This document shows, one piece after another, positions 1 to 11,229 of a stretch of 64,000 nt of DNA (position 1 is its first letter; each line of letters begins with the position of its first letter). The DNA comes from Raillietiella orientalis (Eukaryota), in the NCBI GenBank assembly GCA_036172245.1, contig JAYWIR010000011.1:3410001-3474000 (forward strand), written 5' to 3'. The position numbers were made by a program, and so were the translations under genes. The notes under the pieces are model-generated. The model was given only the letters and a program-made list of their open reading frames with translations. It ran no database searches and was not told the origin of the DNA.

Positions 1-99
1 AGCGGCGCGGTTGTTGTGGCAACGCGTCGCTGTTCTCTCTCCCCTCCCACCGGTCCGAGCAACCGAGTCGTGGCGTCAAGAGAGGTCCCCTTCTTCCCC

Positions 100-880
100 G
101 CTTGCCGGGAGATGAAAGCCGAGAGAGCCCTCCTTTTTTCCTTCTCTCGCCTTCGCAGCAGGGCTGCCACTGTCCACACCGAGGAAGAACCGGGTCGAGG
201 CGATCGACGCCCTCTCCGCTGACCAAGCCTGCGGCGCGACGGTTTGCGCCCGCGGGAGTCGATTCCACGGCGCGTCAGTCCTGGAGGAAGGAACCATCTT
301 CTGCAGCAACAGCTGGCACCATGGAGATTGGGAGTTCATCTGCAGTAGCTCGGCACAGGGCCCTTCCTTCCACCCCCACCTTTCCTCCCCACGCACCCTG
401 GATACGGCTGCCTGCAACACCCGCCCGCATTCGGCAGGGCGGCTGGCTATGCGAACTGCGTACCATCTTACGGCGAGTGCAGGAAACGCGCTCTTGCAAC
501 CGCAACCTCGCCGCGCTTCCAGAGGGAACGGAACGGAGAGTCTGATCCTACAAAGAGATGGAGGGGCTGAAAAGACTCAGGAAGCTGGGGAGGAGTGGGA
601 ATTCTGCGCAGGTTTCGAAGGTCTTCCCGCGTTAGAGAGGCACGCGACCGGGAAAGCTCGGAAAAGTCGTGGAGCGAAAAGGAAAGACTGCAGCTGAGTA
701 GGGAGAGGGATGGGGGGGGGGGAGCCCGTCCCATAGGAGGTCAGGATTTCCACATGGCCGAAGGTGAGGGAGAGGATTTAGTAAAGAAGAATCTCGAACG
801 AGACGATCTAGTCTACGTGAAAATCCACGTCGGCTCCTTGCCGTCGCTTTCCCCTGAGGCCGTGCTCCCAGCGTTGTGGA
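100..880 (-). mobile_element. Decayed L1/Tx1-like ORF1 (gag-like) remnant
   Basis: Frameshifted minus-strand peptides (IVSFEILLY*ILSLTFGHVEIL, PLHLFVGSDSPFRSLWKR, IQGAWGGKVGV) resemble the order of Tx1 ORF1 blocks; heavily degenerate. Confidence 0.3.
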
Positions 881-899
881 CCTCTCCCTGCGTACATTT

Positions 900-1571
900 A
901 ATGCTGATGGGAATCCTTTTGGGTCCTCCAGTTTTTTCTTATTTCCTTCCAGCTTTTTTTTTCGGAATTGCTTTTTTAGGGGGCCGCTAAGTGCTTAAGA
1001 ACCTCCTTAGGGGAGGCTCACGAAACTCTTCGGCGCTGTCCACGCCACCCGAGGGTGAGTGTTGACTCTTCAGTCAGAGGGTCTCCACGTAGGGACCACC
1101 TTGTGAATCCACAAAGGGATCCGGAGGAAGGAGTCCATTCCTCTTACTCTTGGGAGGACACCTCTTCCTTGCTCCTTCCGGAGGGACCCCTCTGTTTGTG
1201 GGCGCCACTCCTGATTCCCTTTCCGAAGGGAACCCGGAAAGCTCCTGACATTTATTCTCCAGAAGGGCCCCCTCGAAATGATATGCTATCCTTTTCTTTC
1301 TCCTGAAGAGAACCCGAAGGGATACCTTCAAATTCTCCTGAACGGTGCTCCCCGGAGGGAGCAGCGCTCTTCTTAATACTCTGGAAAAGCAATCCCCCCG
1401 AAGGGTTGATCCCTCAGAGTGATACCCCTCTGGGCTGTTGACCCTGGTACGGCTCCCTTTTCAAAACCGAATGCGAACCCCGAAGGACTCCTTGACTCCT
1501 GCAAAGAATCCAGACGGTCAACTTCTAATCCCAGTGGGTCAACGGGGAGATCCGGTTTCCGGCTTCCACCA
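900..1571 (-). repeat. tRNA-headed repeat family, copy A (body and A-rich end only; head missing)
   Basis: Aligns by eye to 49420-50170, 16250-16645 and 56280-56732; contains degenerate ~40-bp units with CCGAAGGGAACCC cores and a T-rich (+) tract at ~930-980. Confidence 0.75.
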
Positions 1572-1575
1572 TAGG

Positions 1576-1898
1576 TCTGCCTCCCTTAGGAAACACTTGG
1601 AGAGCAGCCTTACGGCTAGATTGGAGGTTACTGTGGAAACCTCCGGAAGGAGGAAAAGACGTGGACGACGGTCCAGCTCACCGACGCTGTGACCCCGATT
1701 TCTCGATTACATGGACTTTTGCACTAGGGCGGGCTACTAGGTATTTCGGGGGAAGACCTGCAGTGGCTCCCGGTGCTCATGAACACCCGCATCCTCCCCC
1801 TAAAGTGGCGGAGTCGGCATTGATGCTGCTGCATTGCGGTCTCCCGTGCAACACCCGCCGGCAGCTGTGGACACGGGTGTGTGGACCCAAACTGTACA
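1576..1898 (+). mobile_element. Fragment of the Tx1-like ORF2 3' region inserted in repeat copy A
   Basis: Highly similar to 56834-57165 (shared ESALMLLHCGLPCN..R.LWTRVC coding); begins just after the host sequence TTCCACCA. Confidence 0.8.
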
Positions 1899-1989
1899 TA
1901 CTCCCGACCCGCAGATCAGCTGCACCGAAAGAGCGGATGAAGAAGGGAACGGGCAACAAACAAAGAGCAAAGGAGAGGGAGGTAAAGGA

Positions 1990-3750
1990 TAGGAGTCATC
2001 GGTTCAACCAGTCCCTGTTTTCTGCTGCCCACGCGAGCTGCAGATGATCTCCCTGAGGATTCCCTCCCTCGTGAAGGATTCTCCATGCCGCATTTTCCAC
2101 GAGCGGAGTCTCAGCCCACATCCACAACTTCGTGGATAGGTTAGACGCGGTTGCGATAGCAGCGGCAGGCGGAAGCGCGCGAAAAGCCACGAGATGAAGG
2201 TTGTCCTCCGTGTGTAGAGGCTGCCTCGCGTTGCTGGAGGGGACCCGCACTCCACTGGCAGGTGAAGGAACGATTCGACCGTCACGCTCCCGGAACTCAG
2301 GGTCATGCCCCCGCCAGGGACACGACACGCCAGTGCTCGTTCTACCGGAGACCCCAGCATAAATGTAGAGCCACATCCCTTGCGGATTCACGACCTTACT
2401 TGAAGCAGAGGTACTCTTTCCCAGACGAGGTCACGCAGGAGGATAAGGGGAAGGGGATAGGCTCAAACCAGCTCGTGTTCCATAATTTTGGCCATGAGGA
2501 CCAGCTAGGAGCGGACCAAAAGCCTCTCTCCGCTTCTTAAGAGAAGGGGAGACCACACTTCTTCGGCGCAAGTCTCCTACCAGTACACTAAGATCCTTGG
2601 AGCGGGTGTCCATGGGGATAATTCAAGCAGATTCGTCTCGGATGCTCCTCCCACGACGCTCCAAAAGGATCGACCACCCTGTCAGCGCTCCTGCCTGCTA
2701 CCCGACGAAGCAGCTCGAAGGACGTCTCGAGCTGTACCGCTGATCGTTAAACAGACGTTGAGGAACGCATTGTATCAGCTGGAGCGCAGACGGGACATCA
2801 GATGCCGTGGGAGACGTAGGTGCTGCAAAAGCTCCAGAAGGAGTTTCTGATCGACTTAGTTGAACGCCTTAGGCAAATTGACTGCCACTTCCAACACTTA
2901 CTCCTGCATGGGATCTCGAGGATCAGGGTTTATGGTAGAATCAGCAGCTTTGGAGCTGTCTATGCAGCTGCCGCTTGCAGTCCCCGCGAAGAACAGGTGG
3001 GCATCCGTAGTTCGTCCCGGGACAGCATAGGTGTGCTCTTAGCTCACCAGGGATCCCACAACCCTTCCTATCCGCACAGTCCAAAGCCTGGGGAACTTGA
3101 TCGCTGAGTGCACTGCCGTGATTGGACGCCAGCCTTCCGGGATGCACAAGTTCCTCTGCCTGTCGGCAAAAGACGTCTTCAGGCTCAGTGGGAGAAAGCT
3201 CGTAGTGCCTGTATCAGCATCCAAAACCTCTTGGCTTGCCTTCGCCTCGAGACATTGAAGGAACTCCTGAAGTCTTGAAGTCTTCCCTCCCTCGAGTCCA
3301 CTCACACCAGGAAGAACTTCCTCGAAAGAAATGAGCCTGCGAGTCCAATCTGATCCTCAGTCAGCTACTACCTCGAGAGATGAGATGATGGCATCTCGGC
3401 ATGGAGCTCTTCACCTCGCGGTGCGGACCATCACCAACGCCACTGCTCCCTCACAGCCTTCCTAAGCACCTGATGTCCTGAAGTCCCTCTGTCGCTGCAC
3501 CCAGTTCCAGATGCAAAGTTGGCAACTTCGTGAACCTCACTTACGGACAGGGGCCACGCCTTCCGCATCCTGATTCTCACTGCTGCCTGCTCGTGGCAGG
3601 ACCGAGGTCTCACGTTCTTCAGCCCACCTTGCACAGAAGAAGGGAGGGAAACGTGGATATAGTGGATGGGTCAATCTTTAGTTCCGTCCGCTTGAGCGCC
3701 GCACGAGCCTAAAAATTGACCTTGGTGCCCTTTCAGGAACCCGACCGCGC
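1990..3750 (-). mobile_element. Decayed L1/Tx1-like ORF2 reverse transcriptase region
   Basis: Minus-strand peptides SGLEGGK..., GWRPITAV, RIGRVVGSLVS*EHTYAVPGR and NLPKAFN*VDQKLLLELL match the conserved RT blocks WRPI / Q..VPGR / KAFD.V; multiple stops and frameshifts. Confidence 0.75.
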
Positions 3751-5619
3751 ATGCCCGCGCGCTGCCCTTCGGAGGGCATCCCAGCCGGTGCATCCTGCAG
3801 ATGTCCCGGTCGTGCTGGACTCTGGGCAGCACCCGAATCTGCATGTCTACCTCGCGGACGAGGACATCCGACTTGGGCGCTGTATCCGCGCTACTGATCC
3901 TCCCAGTTAGGGGGTCGCGAGCGGGGTCCTCGCATGTTGAACACCTGCCTGGGTCAGGCTCTCCCGCACCGCCTCACCGGCCAACAGGCGGCCCCTGCAG
4001 CCGTTTCGTACCTGAAGAGGGCTCTCCTGTCTCCACTCGGATGAGGAACTGCGCCAGAGGAGTAGGATGGCCGTGTCCCTTGAGAGCACCCCTGATACTC
4101 GTGGAAGGGGGTGCCTGGGAAAGAAGGCAAAGAGGCTGCTGCCTCCCTGTCCATTGCAGAGGTCCAGGGGACCCCACGAGCCACAGCTCCTGTCTCTCAT
4201 GTGTCCCCCAAACGAAGGGGGAGAGCTGGAGACTCCCCAACGATACGAGTCTGGATTCATGGACTGGGACGTCTCCTCGACGGAAGGGCCTCCCAGGGCA
4301 CGGACGCCCAAGAAGGCCCTTGTCCGGCCGAAGCGCACAGACAGACGAAGGATTTTCGGGAATGGAGCCACCACGACCTCGTGCGGATGTGACAAAAAGG
4401 CGACTCAGATTGCGAGGATCCCGGCCCCTTCCGCTTGTAAGTGAGTGGGGCTGGTTTGCTCCGGCTCTTTCCGAACCTTTCCATAGAGAGTATGTGTCGT
4501 GGAAGGTCACTTCGCCAGAAGATCATCCTCGCTTCTCACCGGCTCGGCGCGCGCTCTGAGGCGTCCCCTCTTCCTCCCCCTCGAGAGGATGAAGACCCGA
4601 CCTACGAATGTCATACTCAGCAGAGGACCTCTCCTGCGTCAGTCATCGATGCTTGGGGGGGGTCCTCTTCCCAAGCTTCCATTGGAGTAATGGCTTTCGA
4701 TTCCTGTTTTCCATTTCTCCCGTTCCCGTGTTGCTCCCCATGACGACCGACCTCTACCGATCTCCAGGAGGGGTCTCAGGAGTCTCGGGAGCAGCAGGTA
4801 GTGCGCTCTCTCTGCGATTGGTGCGGCGAAAGTGGCAGGCAAGCCTCCTCTCTCTCGCTGTCTTTCCTATCGGGGGTCACCTGCGGCTCTTTCGACCCTC
4901 AGAACCGCCCACGAGAAATCCGAAAGAACGCATCCTCTTTCCGAGCTCGAAGCACGCAGTTTGGGAAGAGGGTGAGGAGTGTCCAGATTGCCACCAAGCG
5001 GAAGAAGGGTCGCTCCTTACGCCCGTGAGAAGACGGGAGGGACGAAAGACCAGCCTAGGGTCCGCACATAAGCAAAAAGTCCCCTTGCCGTCGCAGCTGC
5101 AGTCCGCGTAGGTGTTCCTGTCTCCTGCTCTTGGACTCGACAGGATTCCTCGAGGGCCAGATCTGAAGTGCCATCGAAATCCCAGATAGCCTCGGGGGTC
5201 TGCGAGGAAAGTTGATGGATCGTTCTGTCTTTGGGAGAGTGCAGTGACAAAGTACAGAGCCCTATGGCAGCCCGGGAGCCCCTCTGACTCTCCTCTCCAT
5301 GAAAAGCGGAACACCTCCTGCAGTGGAGGTAAGGGCAGCCCTCAGCTGCCACTTCCTCGGGATCGCGGAGGCCCGAAAGCAATGCCAAAGGAGAGCGCCA
5401 TCTCCAGTGAGTCCTCTTCCGCTAGGAGAAACTCTCCAGCATCTCGAAGAGGATGCAGGGGGCGTAAGAGAACCTGCTGCGATTCTCTCCCTTGACCCCA
5501 GCCCACCCACCTCACCTCCTCCAAAAGACGTCCCTCCCGCCCTTTTTATTTCTTTGGTCTTTTACGTCTATTTTTTTCTCCTATCACGAGTCCCCCTGCG
5601 TAAGTGGACCCCTCTCGCG

Positions 5620-6200
5620 TGGACATAGCTTGCGGGCAGGGGCGCCCCCTGTCGGCGGAAGGATGCAAGAGGCGTTGCGCACGAATGACCTGCTTCACCT
5701 TGAAATTCCCAAGGTGGACGCCTTGGCTCGACCTCCTCATTGCGGACAGCTGGACCAATCATTTCAAGTCAGTGCATGAATCGAGACAAGGACGGTTGCT
5801 GACGTCCATGTGTCGGTCCGTATCCACGGGGATGATGCTGGGCGCAGAACTGAGAGGAAGAGGAGGGAGAGGAAGTGGGGCAGCAGATAAGCAAAGGAAC
5901 AGGGAATGGGGAGGGATTGAACCGGCTCCCTGGTGTTGACTGAAATTTCCGAGGACCCGTAGGATAGGGAATGAATGGGAAGGACTGGAGCTGCAACCAA
6001 CGGTGTCGAGACGGTCTGCCCACAACCGTCCGAAGGGTCCCCCGAACCGCACATCCCGGATCGGGCCACTCCATCGCCCTTCGCATGCAGACGGTGGAGA
6101 TCTCACATCCCTCCCCCCGTTTTGGAGGTCTCACGTAGCGGAGAATCGGCGTCCACCTTGGGAATTTCCATAGGGCGAGCCTAGGAAAGTGGACCTCCAT
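5620..6200. mobile_element. Two oppositely oriented AP-endonuclease fragments of L1/Tx1-like elements
   Basis: ~22-bp inverted match GAAATTCCCAAGGTGGACGCC (~5702) vs its reverse complement (~6148-6170); + peptide LLIADSWTNHFKSVHESRQGRLL resembles the APE 'GR' block and a similar peptide near 48400 (-). Confidence 0.4.
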
Positions 6201-7514
6201 TGTCTGCGTGAGTCTTCGGGCGCGGAGCCGTAGAACGGAAGTGCCTCAGCGGATGCGCCACCATCCCCGGAGCAGCTTTCAGAATCCAAGAGGTCCAGGA
6301 AGGGTCCTCCCACCATCCCGCAACGGAAGGGGGGGGAGGGGCATTTCTTGGTCGCTCTTCCCTCTGAGGCATCTCCCAGCGAGTCACCAAAGTGGCGGCG
6401 TGCTGGTGGCGAAGAGGAAGGGCGCAGGCGCTCGCCAGGAAGACTAAGATCTCCCAGAGTTCTCCCAGATGACCCCCCGGAGATCTCATCCATCATTGGG
6501 GACCTTTGGAGTGGCTTCGTTCCTGGACAATGAGTCTGGTGACCTCGGAGATGCGTCAGGTCACCTCCCACGCTGCAGGAGCTTCTTCCCGACACCAACA
6601 GTGAAGTTCCAGCATGGTCAGACCTGGGGGGAGGGCGACTGCCATCCCGGAAAGAGGAACTGCCAACAAGGAAGGTAACCAGAAGAACGGTATCCCAGAG
6701 GGACGCGCTAGGCGGAAAGTGTCGACACAGTATGCGGCCAGTCCTCCTCTCCCTAATAGAAATGTCGGCCCTATGAGGGGAGGGTCCGTGGGGTCACTCA
6801 CGATCTCCAGATGCCCCTGAGCTCCCATCCACAAAGATAAGAGCACACCCTCTGTGCACCAGCAGATGCGTTCCTAGGGAGGCTGACTTCCCGAAGTCAC
6901 TCGACAGCTCCACCCCCGTCGTCTCTCGCGCCCGTTCTTTCACGCCCACGGGCAGGGGAGTCCAGACGCACGTCCATCGTACAACAGGAGAGCCGTGCAC
7001 CGGAACACCCTGTTGGCCGGCAATGGTCGCCCGGCGCGTGCGCACTGCGACGACGTGGGACGAAACCGCAAACCGAGCCGCGGTCCCCCTCTCACGCAAC
7101 CCGCGCGGACTAGAGCCGAACCCGGCGACGCCCCGCGTAGCGACCGGATGGCCCGCCTCCTCCTCCCGGGGGAAACGCGAACCCTCCAGGGAGGACAGCG
7201 CACGCTCCCCGGTAGGACGGCCGTCTGGGAAGAGACCCCTGACCGCTATCGTGGATGGCGTGCCTGAGGGGCATCTCCGCGCCTCTGCCTCGTGCTCCTG
7301 GAGAGAGCAAGGTGCGGGTTTCCCGCCTCTTCCCGTGGAAAGTGCCAAGCCGGCAACCTGAGACCCGCTCCCCACGAAGAGAGGGCTGCTTGGCACGAGG
7401 GACCGTGCCCTGGAATTTGCCCGAAACCCTTGGGGGCCGGAAGCTCCGGGGGACGGATGCTACGGGATGTTCCTGTCGTTTCCCTGAGCTTCCAGGGTGC
7501 CGCTGTCTGCTGGC

Positions 7515-7660
7515 ATTTATCCATCGACTCATCCACTAATTCAACCACTTACTTATCCATTTATTTATCCATTCATTTATTAATCGATTTGCTTATCCAT
7601 GTGTTTATTTCTCCATTTATTTATTTGTCTGTTGATTCACTTATTAATTTATTGATTAAG
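7515..7660. repeat. Degenerate AT-rich 4-mer microsatellite (ATTT/ATCC-like)
   Basis: Low-complexity TTATCCATTTATTTATCCATTCATTTATT tract within GC-rich surroundings. Confidence 0.7.
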
Positions 7661-10379
7661 CATACGACTCGGCACGCCCGAGTCCAAGAGCAGCCGCTTG
7701 CATCCCTGCGGACCGCTCAGAATCCGCGCGCCCGGAGACTCGGCGGCTGCTTTTCCTGGGCAACAACGCGGAGTCCAGGCAGCGCATTCTGGGGAGGGGA
7801 AGGGGGGTTATCTGGGAGACTGTCGCGTCTCCTCGCGTCTTTTCGGCTGCGAGATGGCGCCGCGGAAACTGCAGCTTCTGTTAGCAGGAGGAAAGGGGAG
7901 GAAGCTGCACGGCAGGCGGTCCCCTCCGCTTCCCTGAAAGGTCCCTCGCATCCCGAGGAGGGGCACCCAGGTGGAGAAACATTGCCCTAGGGGACGAAAT
8001 ACCCGTGCAGCGCGGGAGGAGACATCCTTGGCCCTGTCCGGAGGCCGTGGGGACCTCCGCGAGCGGGTCGGGGGCGAAGGGTCTCCGGGAGATCAAAAAT
8101 GCCGCGCCTTTCGGGGTTCCCGCAAGAGGGAAGGACAGAGCTGCCAGGAAGGATTCCTCCCCGGAAATAGAGAAGGCGAGGAAATGCCCCCCTCCTCCGC
8201 TTCCTTCTCCCCCACTGCCCCACTAGGTAGCGCCGGCGCTCTGATGGAGAGTGCCCGGGGACGAGGCAATAGATGAGGGTCGCTAGATCGAGAGTCTCTC
8301 ACCCCTCCATCCCCTTTTTTCCGTTGCAATGAAGAAACGACTCCGGTTCCTTCGGCGACTTCTGGAGGCCGTCTTCCTCCTCGGGAGCCCCGTGCAACGC
8401 CCTCGACTTCTCACCTAAACTCTCATCACTCCTTTGACGCGGGAGGAGGTAAGGGATCGGAGGGAAGACTCCTCGAAGATGGGGCACCACGTCCGATGGA
8501 AGAAAGCGGTCGTCCCCTTCTCCCGATCCTCGTTTAGCCTGGAAGGCACTGCCGCCACCTCCGCCACCGCCGCGGAGAGGAGTAAACTAGAAAACCCGAC
8601 CCTCCCTCGACCTTTCTCGAGGCGGTGGCCGATGGTCACTAGGGGTAGTTCGTCTCAGCAAGGAGGTGTCAGCGCATGCGTTCCTCGAACTGCGTTGACG
8701 GCGGCAGCAGCATCGTGTCGGCAACGGCAACGGCGACATCAGCATCATCCACCCCTCCTTCACTGCCTCGCTACTGCTGGTGCCCGCCAGCCTTGTCCAC
8801 CGTCTCCTCGTGGCGTCACCTCCGTGCTGATGGCCCCGCAGAGCTAGCCGGCCGAGCGGAGAGTGCTGCCATCTCATCGCCGGAGTCCAAACGACGCTTA
8901 AGGGTGAGGGCGATCCAGCAGGAGAAAGGGAACCAGAATACGGGACGGAGGGAGAAAGACGGAGGGAGGGAGGAAATGGAGAGGAGTGGGCGTGACCGGA
9001 GCCACCTCTCTTGGACCCCTCCCCCCTCATCCGCACTCACCCGCGGAAGCTGCCACACGCTTCGCGGTAAAAGGACGAGGTTACCTGGAGGTCAGCGGAG
9101 GACCCTTAGCAACCAATGGAAGCTCTAAGCATCACCGCCTCTCTAGCTGGAGCCAGATCACGATAGCGGAGACATAGAGATCCCTAGCCAAGCTCACCGG
9201 AAGGCCGACAGTGGTGAGGGGACACTCTGGCGAGAGATGGGGGTGCTCAGGGACATGCCTCCTCTTCTTCCTCCTGCAGGAGGAGTCAAGAGGGCTTTAG
9301 CCTGCGGGAGAACTAGCCGCCGAGCTGCTTCCCCGCCTCTCACTGGGCAGGCGCTCGGCTCCCCACAGCGGAAGGGTCTTCTTTGAACGACCCTCCTTCC
9401 CGTTTCCGCTCCCAGCCCCACCATCATGCTTTCCCGGGAAGCTTGGAGTCGTGACGCGGTCGCCGTCGCTTGCCGCGCGCCGGACCACCGGGCTCCAGGC
9501 GGGCGCCGTGAGCAAAGCCCCTGCAGCTCCCCCCTTACGGCCAAGGTCACTCTCCCCTCGCTTCTCCCTCCTTCTGGGGCGGGCGGAGGAGGCGCGCGGC
9601 TTTCTCCGCTCCCCTCCGCGGGAGAAGATTAAGCTGGCGCCGGATTAGGGGCGGCGGCACCAGCGCGGCAGACGGAGGGAGAAAGATTAAAAGGCTTTTG
9701 AGGACGATGGGGGAGGGGGAAGATACGCCCGTTCCTCCCCTTTCTTCCTCCTCCTCTTCCCTTCCGAGCGGCGCCTCTCCTCCTCTTCCCCGTTTGTGTT
9801 CCGTGGCTGCGGCGCACTTTCGCCGCCCGAGACACCGGCAGGCATTTTTTTTTTTTTTTTTTTTTTTAGTTCCCCCTCCCCCCTTCTTCTGCCGGATCAC
9901 GCCGACTTTATCTCGCCTCCGTTTCCTCCGCGTGCGGAGAGACGCCCTCCCCCTGCAGGAGCTCCCCGCCGTCCCTCCACGGCGGCTCCTGCTGCCTCCG
10001 AAGAACGCCTTTCCCTCCTCATCCCCATCACCCTGGCACGTCCCGCCCCAGCTCCCAGCATTCGTCCCCACAGCCCGTTAGCTGCAGGCTCACCACGTGT
10101 CTCCAGCAGTCTCGGCTGCCCGCTTCCTAGGAGTCCGCGCGCGTCCTCCACCCGCGCGCGATCGAGTGACGAAGCTTCCTCTCTTTCCCGCGGGTAGGCA
10201 GGGCAGGCCGCGCTCTCGCAGAAGGCGCATGTCTGGCGCGCGCTGACGATCAGCGCTCGCTATTCCCACTTCCTCACCAACTGCGGAGCAGGAAAAGATT
10301 TTTTCCCTCTTCCCCTCCGGTCCTTCATCCTGGACATCCTCAGCAACCGGGCCAGGGGACGCTTTCGCAACTCCTTCCC

Positions 10380-10850
10380 TGTTCAGAAGATCCTCTTTCC
10401 TTCCTGGCATCGCACGCTCCCGCTGCCGTCACCCTCCTCTCCTAGGCGGCGAAAAGCAGCGACAGAAACCATAAAAGGGGGAAAATCCCCTCCGTGACCT
10501 CCTTCCCGCCTATATTCCCCTGCTCCTCCCCCTTCCTCGCCAATGTTACCACACTTCCAGCATCGCCTAACTAGTGCACCGGCCGTGGATCCAGAGAGGG
10601 GAGACAGCAAGTTCCGGGTTGGCAATCTCTCCCTGGCTAAATCCTACGGACCCAACCGTCGGGAACGCAAGGCAACCTGCAAGCGATCGACAGAGCTGCG
10701 TGGGCGGTTACTGCGACCTCTTTCGCCCCACCTGCGCCCACACGTGGCTGAGGCTGTCAACCCACCCCACTGGAGGCGCTCGAGACGCGGTGGCTGTCGG
10801 CGCTGAATGTAGGCGCAGCCAAGCAGAAACCACCCCAAGGGTATGACCGT
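10380..10850 (-). mobile_element. Decayed Tx1-like ORF1 remnant with zinc knuckle
   Basis: Minus-strand RRCWKCGNIG (start of a CCHC knuckle) and upstream VSAWLRLH block. Confidence 0.45.
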
Positions 10851-11229
10851 TCACAGCGGACTGCCGAGACGAACGCGCCACGACCGCGGATTCTAAAGCC
10901 GCGAACCACGGGCAGACGTGTTCTCCCGAGAACGCGCTTGCGGTGGTCGCTTCTTCCACTGTCGCCTCCCCGTGCTGCGAAGTTGGACTCGGCGCATGGA
11001 GCCGCGTCTTACCGCAGTACGCGCCCCGATGAACGGTGGCCAAAAACAACGCCCGTAAGTCGAGATAGTCAAACGGCCTCCCATCTAAGTAGACATGTTC
11101 TTTTTTTGTTCTTTTTTTTTTTTTCTTTTTTTGCGGATGGCTCCGCTGATTTGACGACAGTTTCGTTTGTTCCTCGTTTTCCCACCCTCTTTGTTTTTGC
11201 CCAGAACAAATAGTGAGAGCTACTTCTGG

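Noticed and set aside
1090..1500. Recurring CCGAAGGGAACCC units as a CRISPR-like array
   Set aside because: Units are degenerate with similar pyrimidine-rich linkers rather than unique spacers, there are no cas genes, and the context is eukaryotic; it is an internal minisatellite.
5700..6170. 22-bp inverted repeat as MITE terminal repeats
   Set aside because: Better explained by two opposite-strand endonuclease-coding fragments; no TSD seen.
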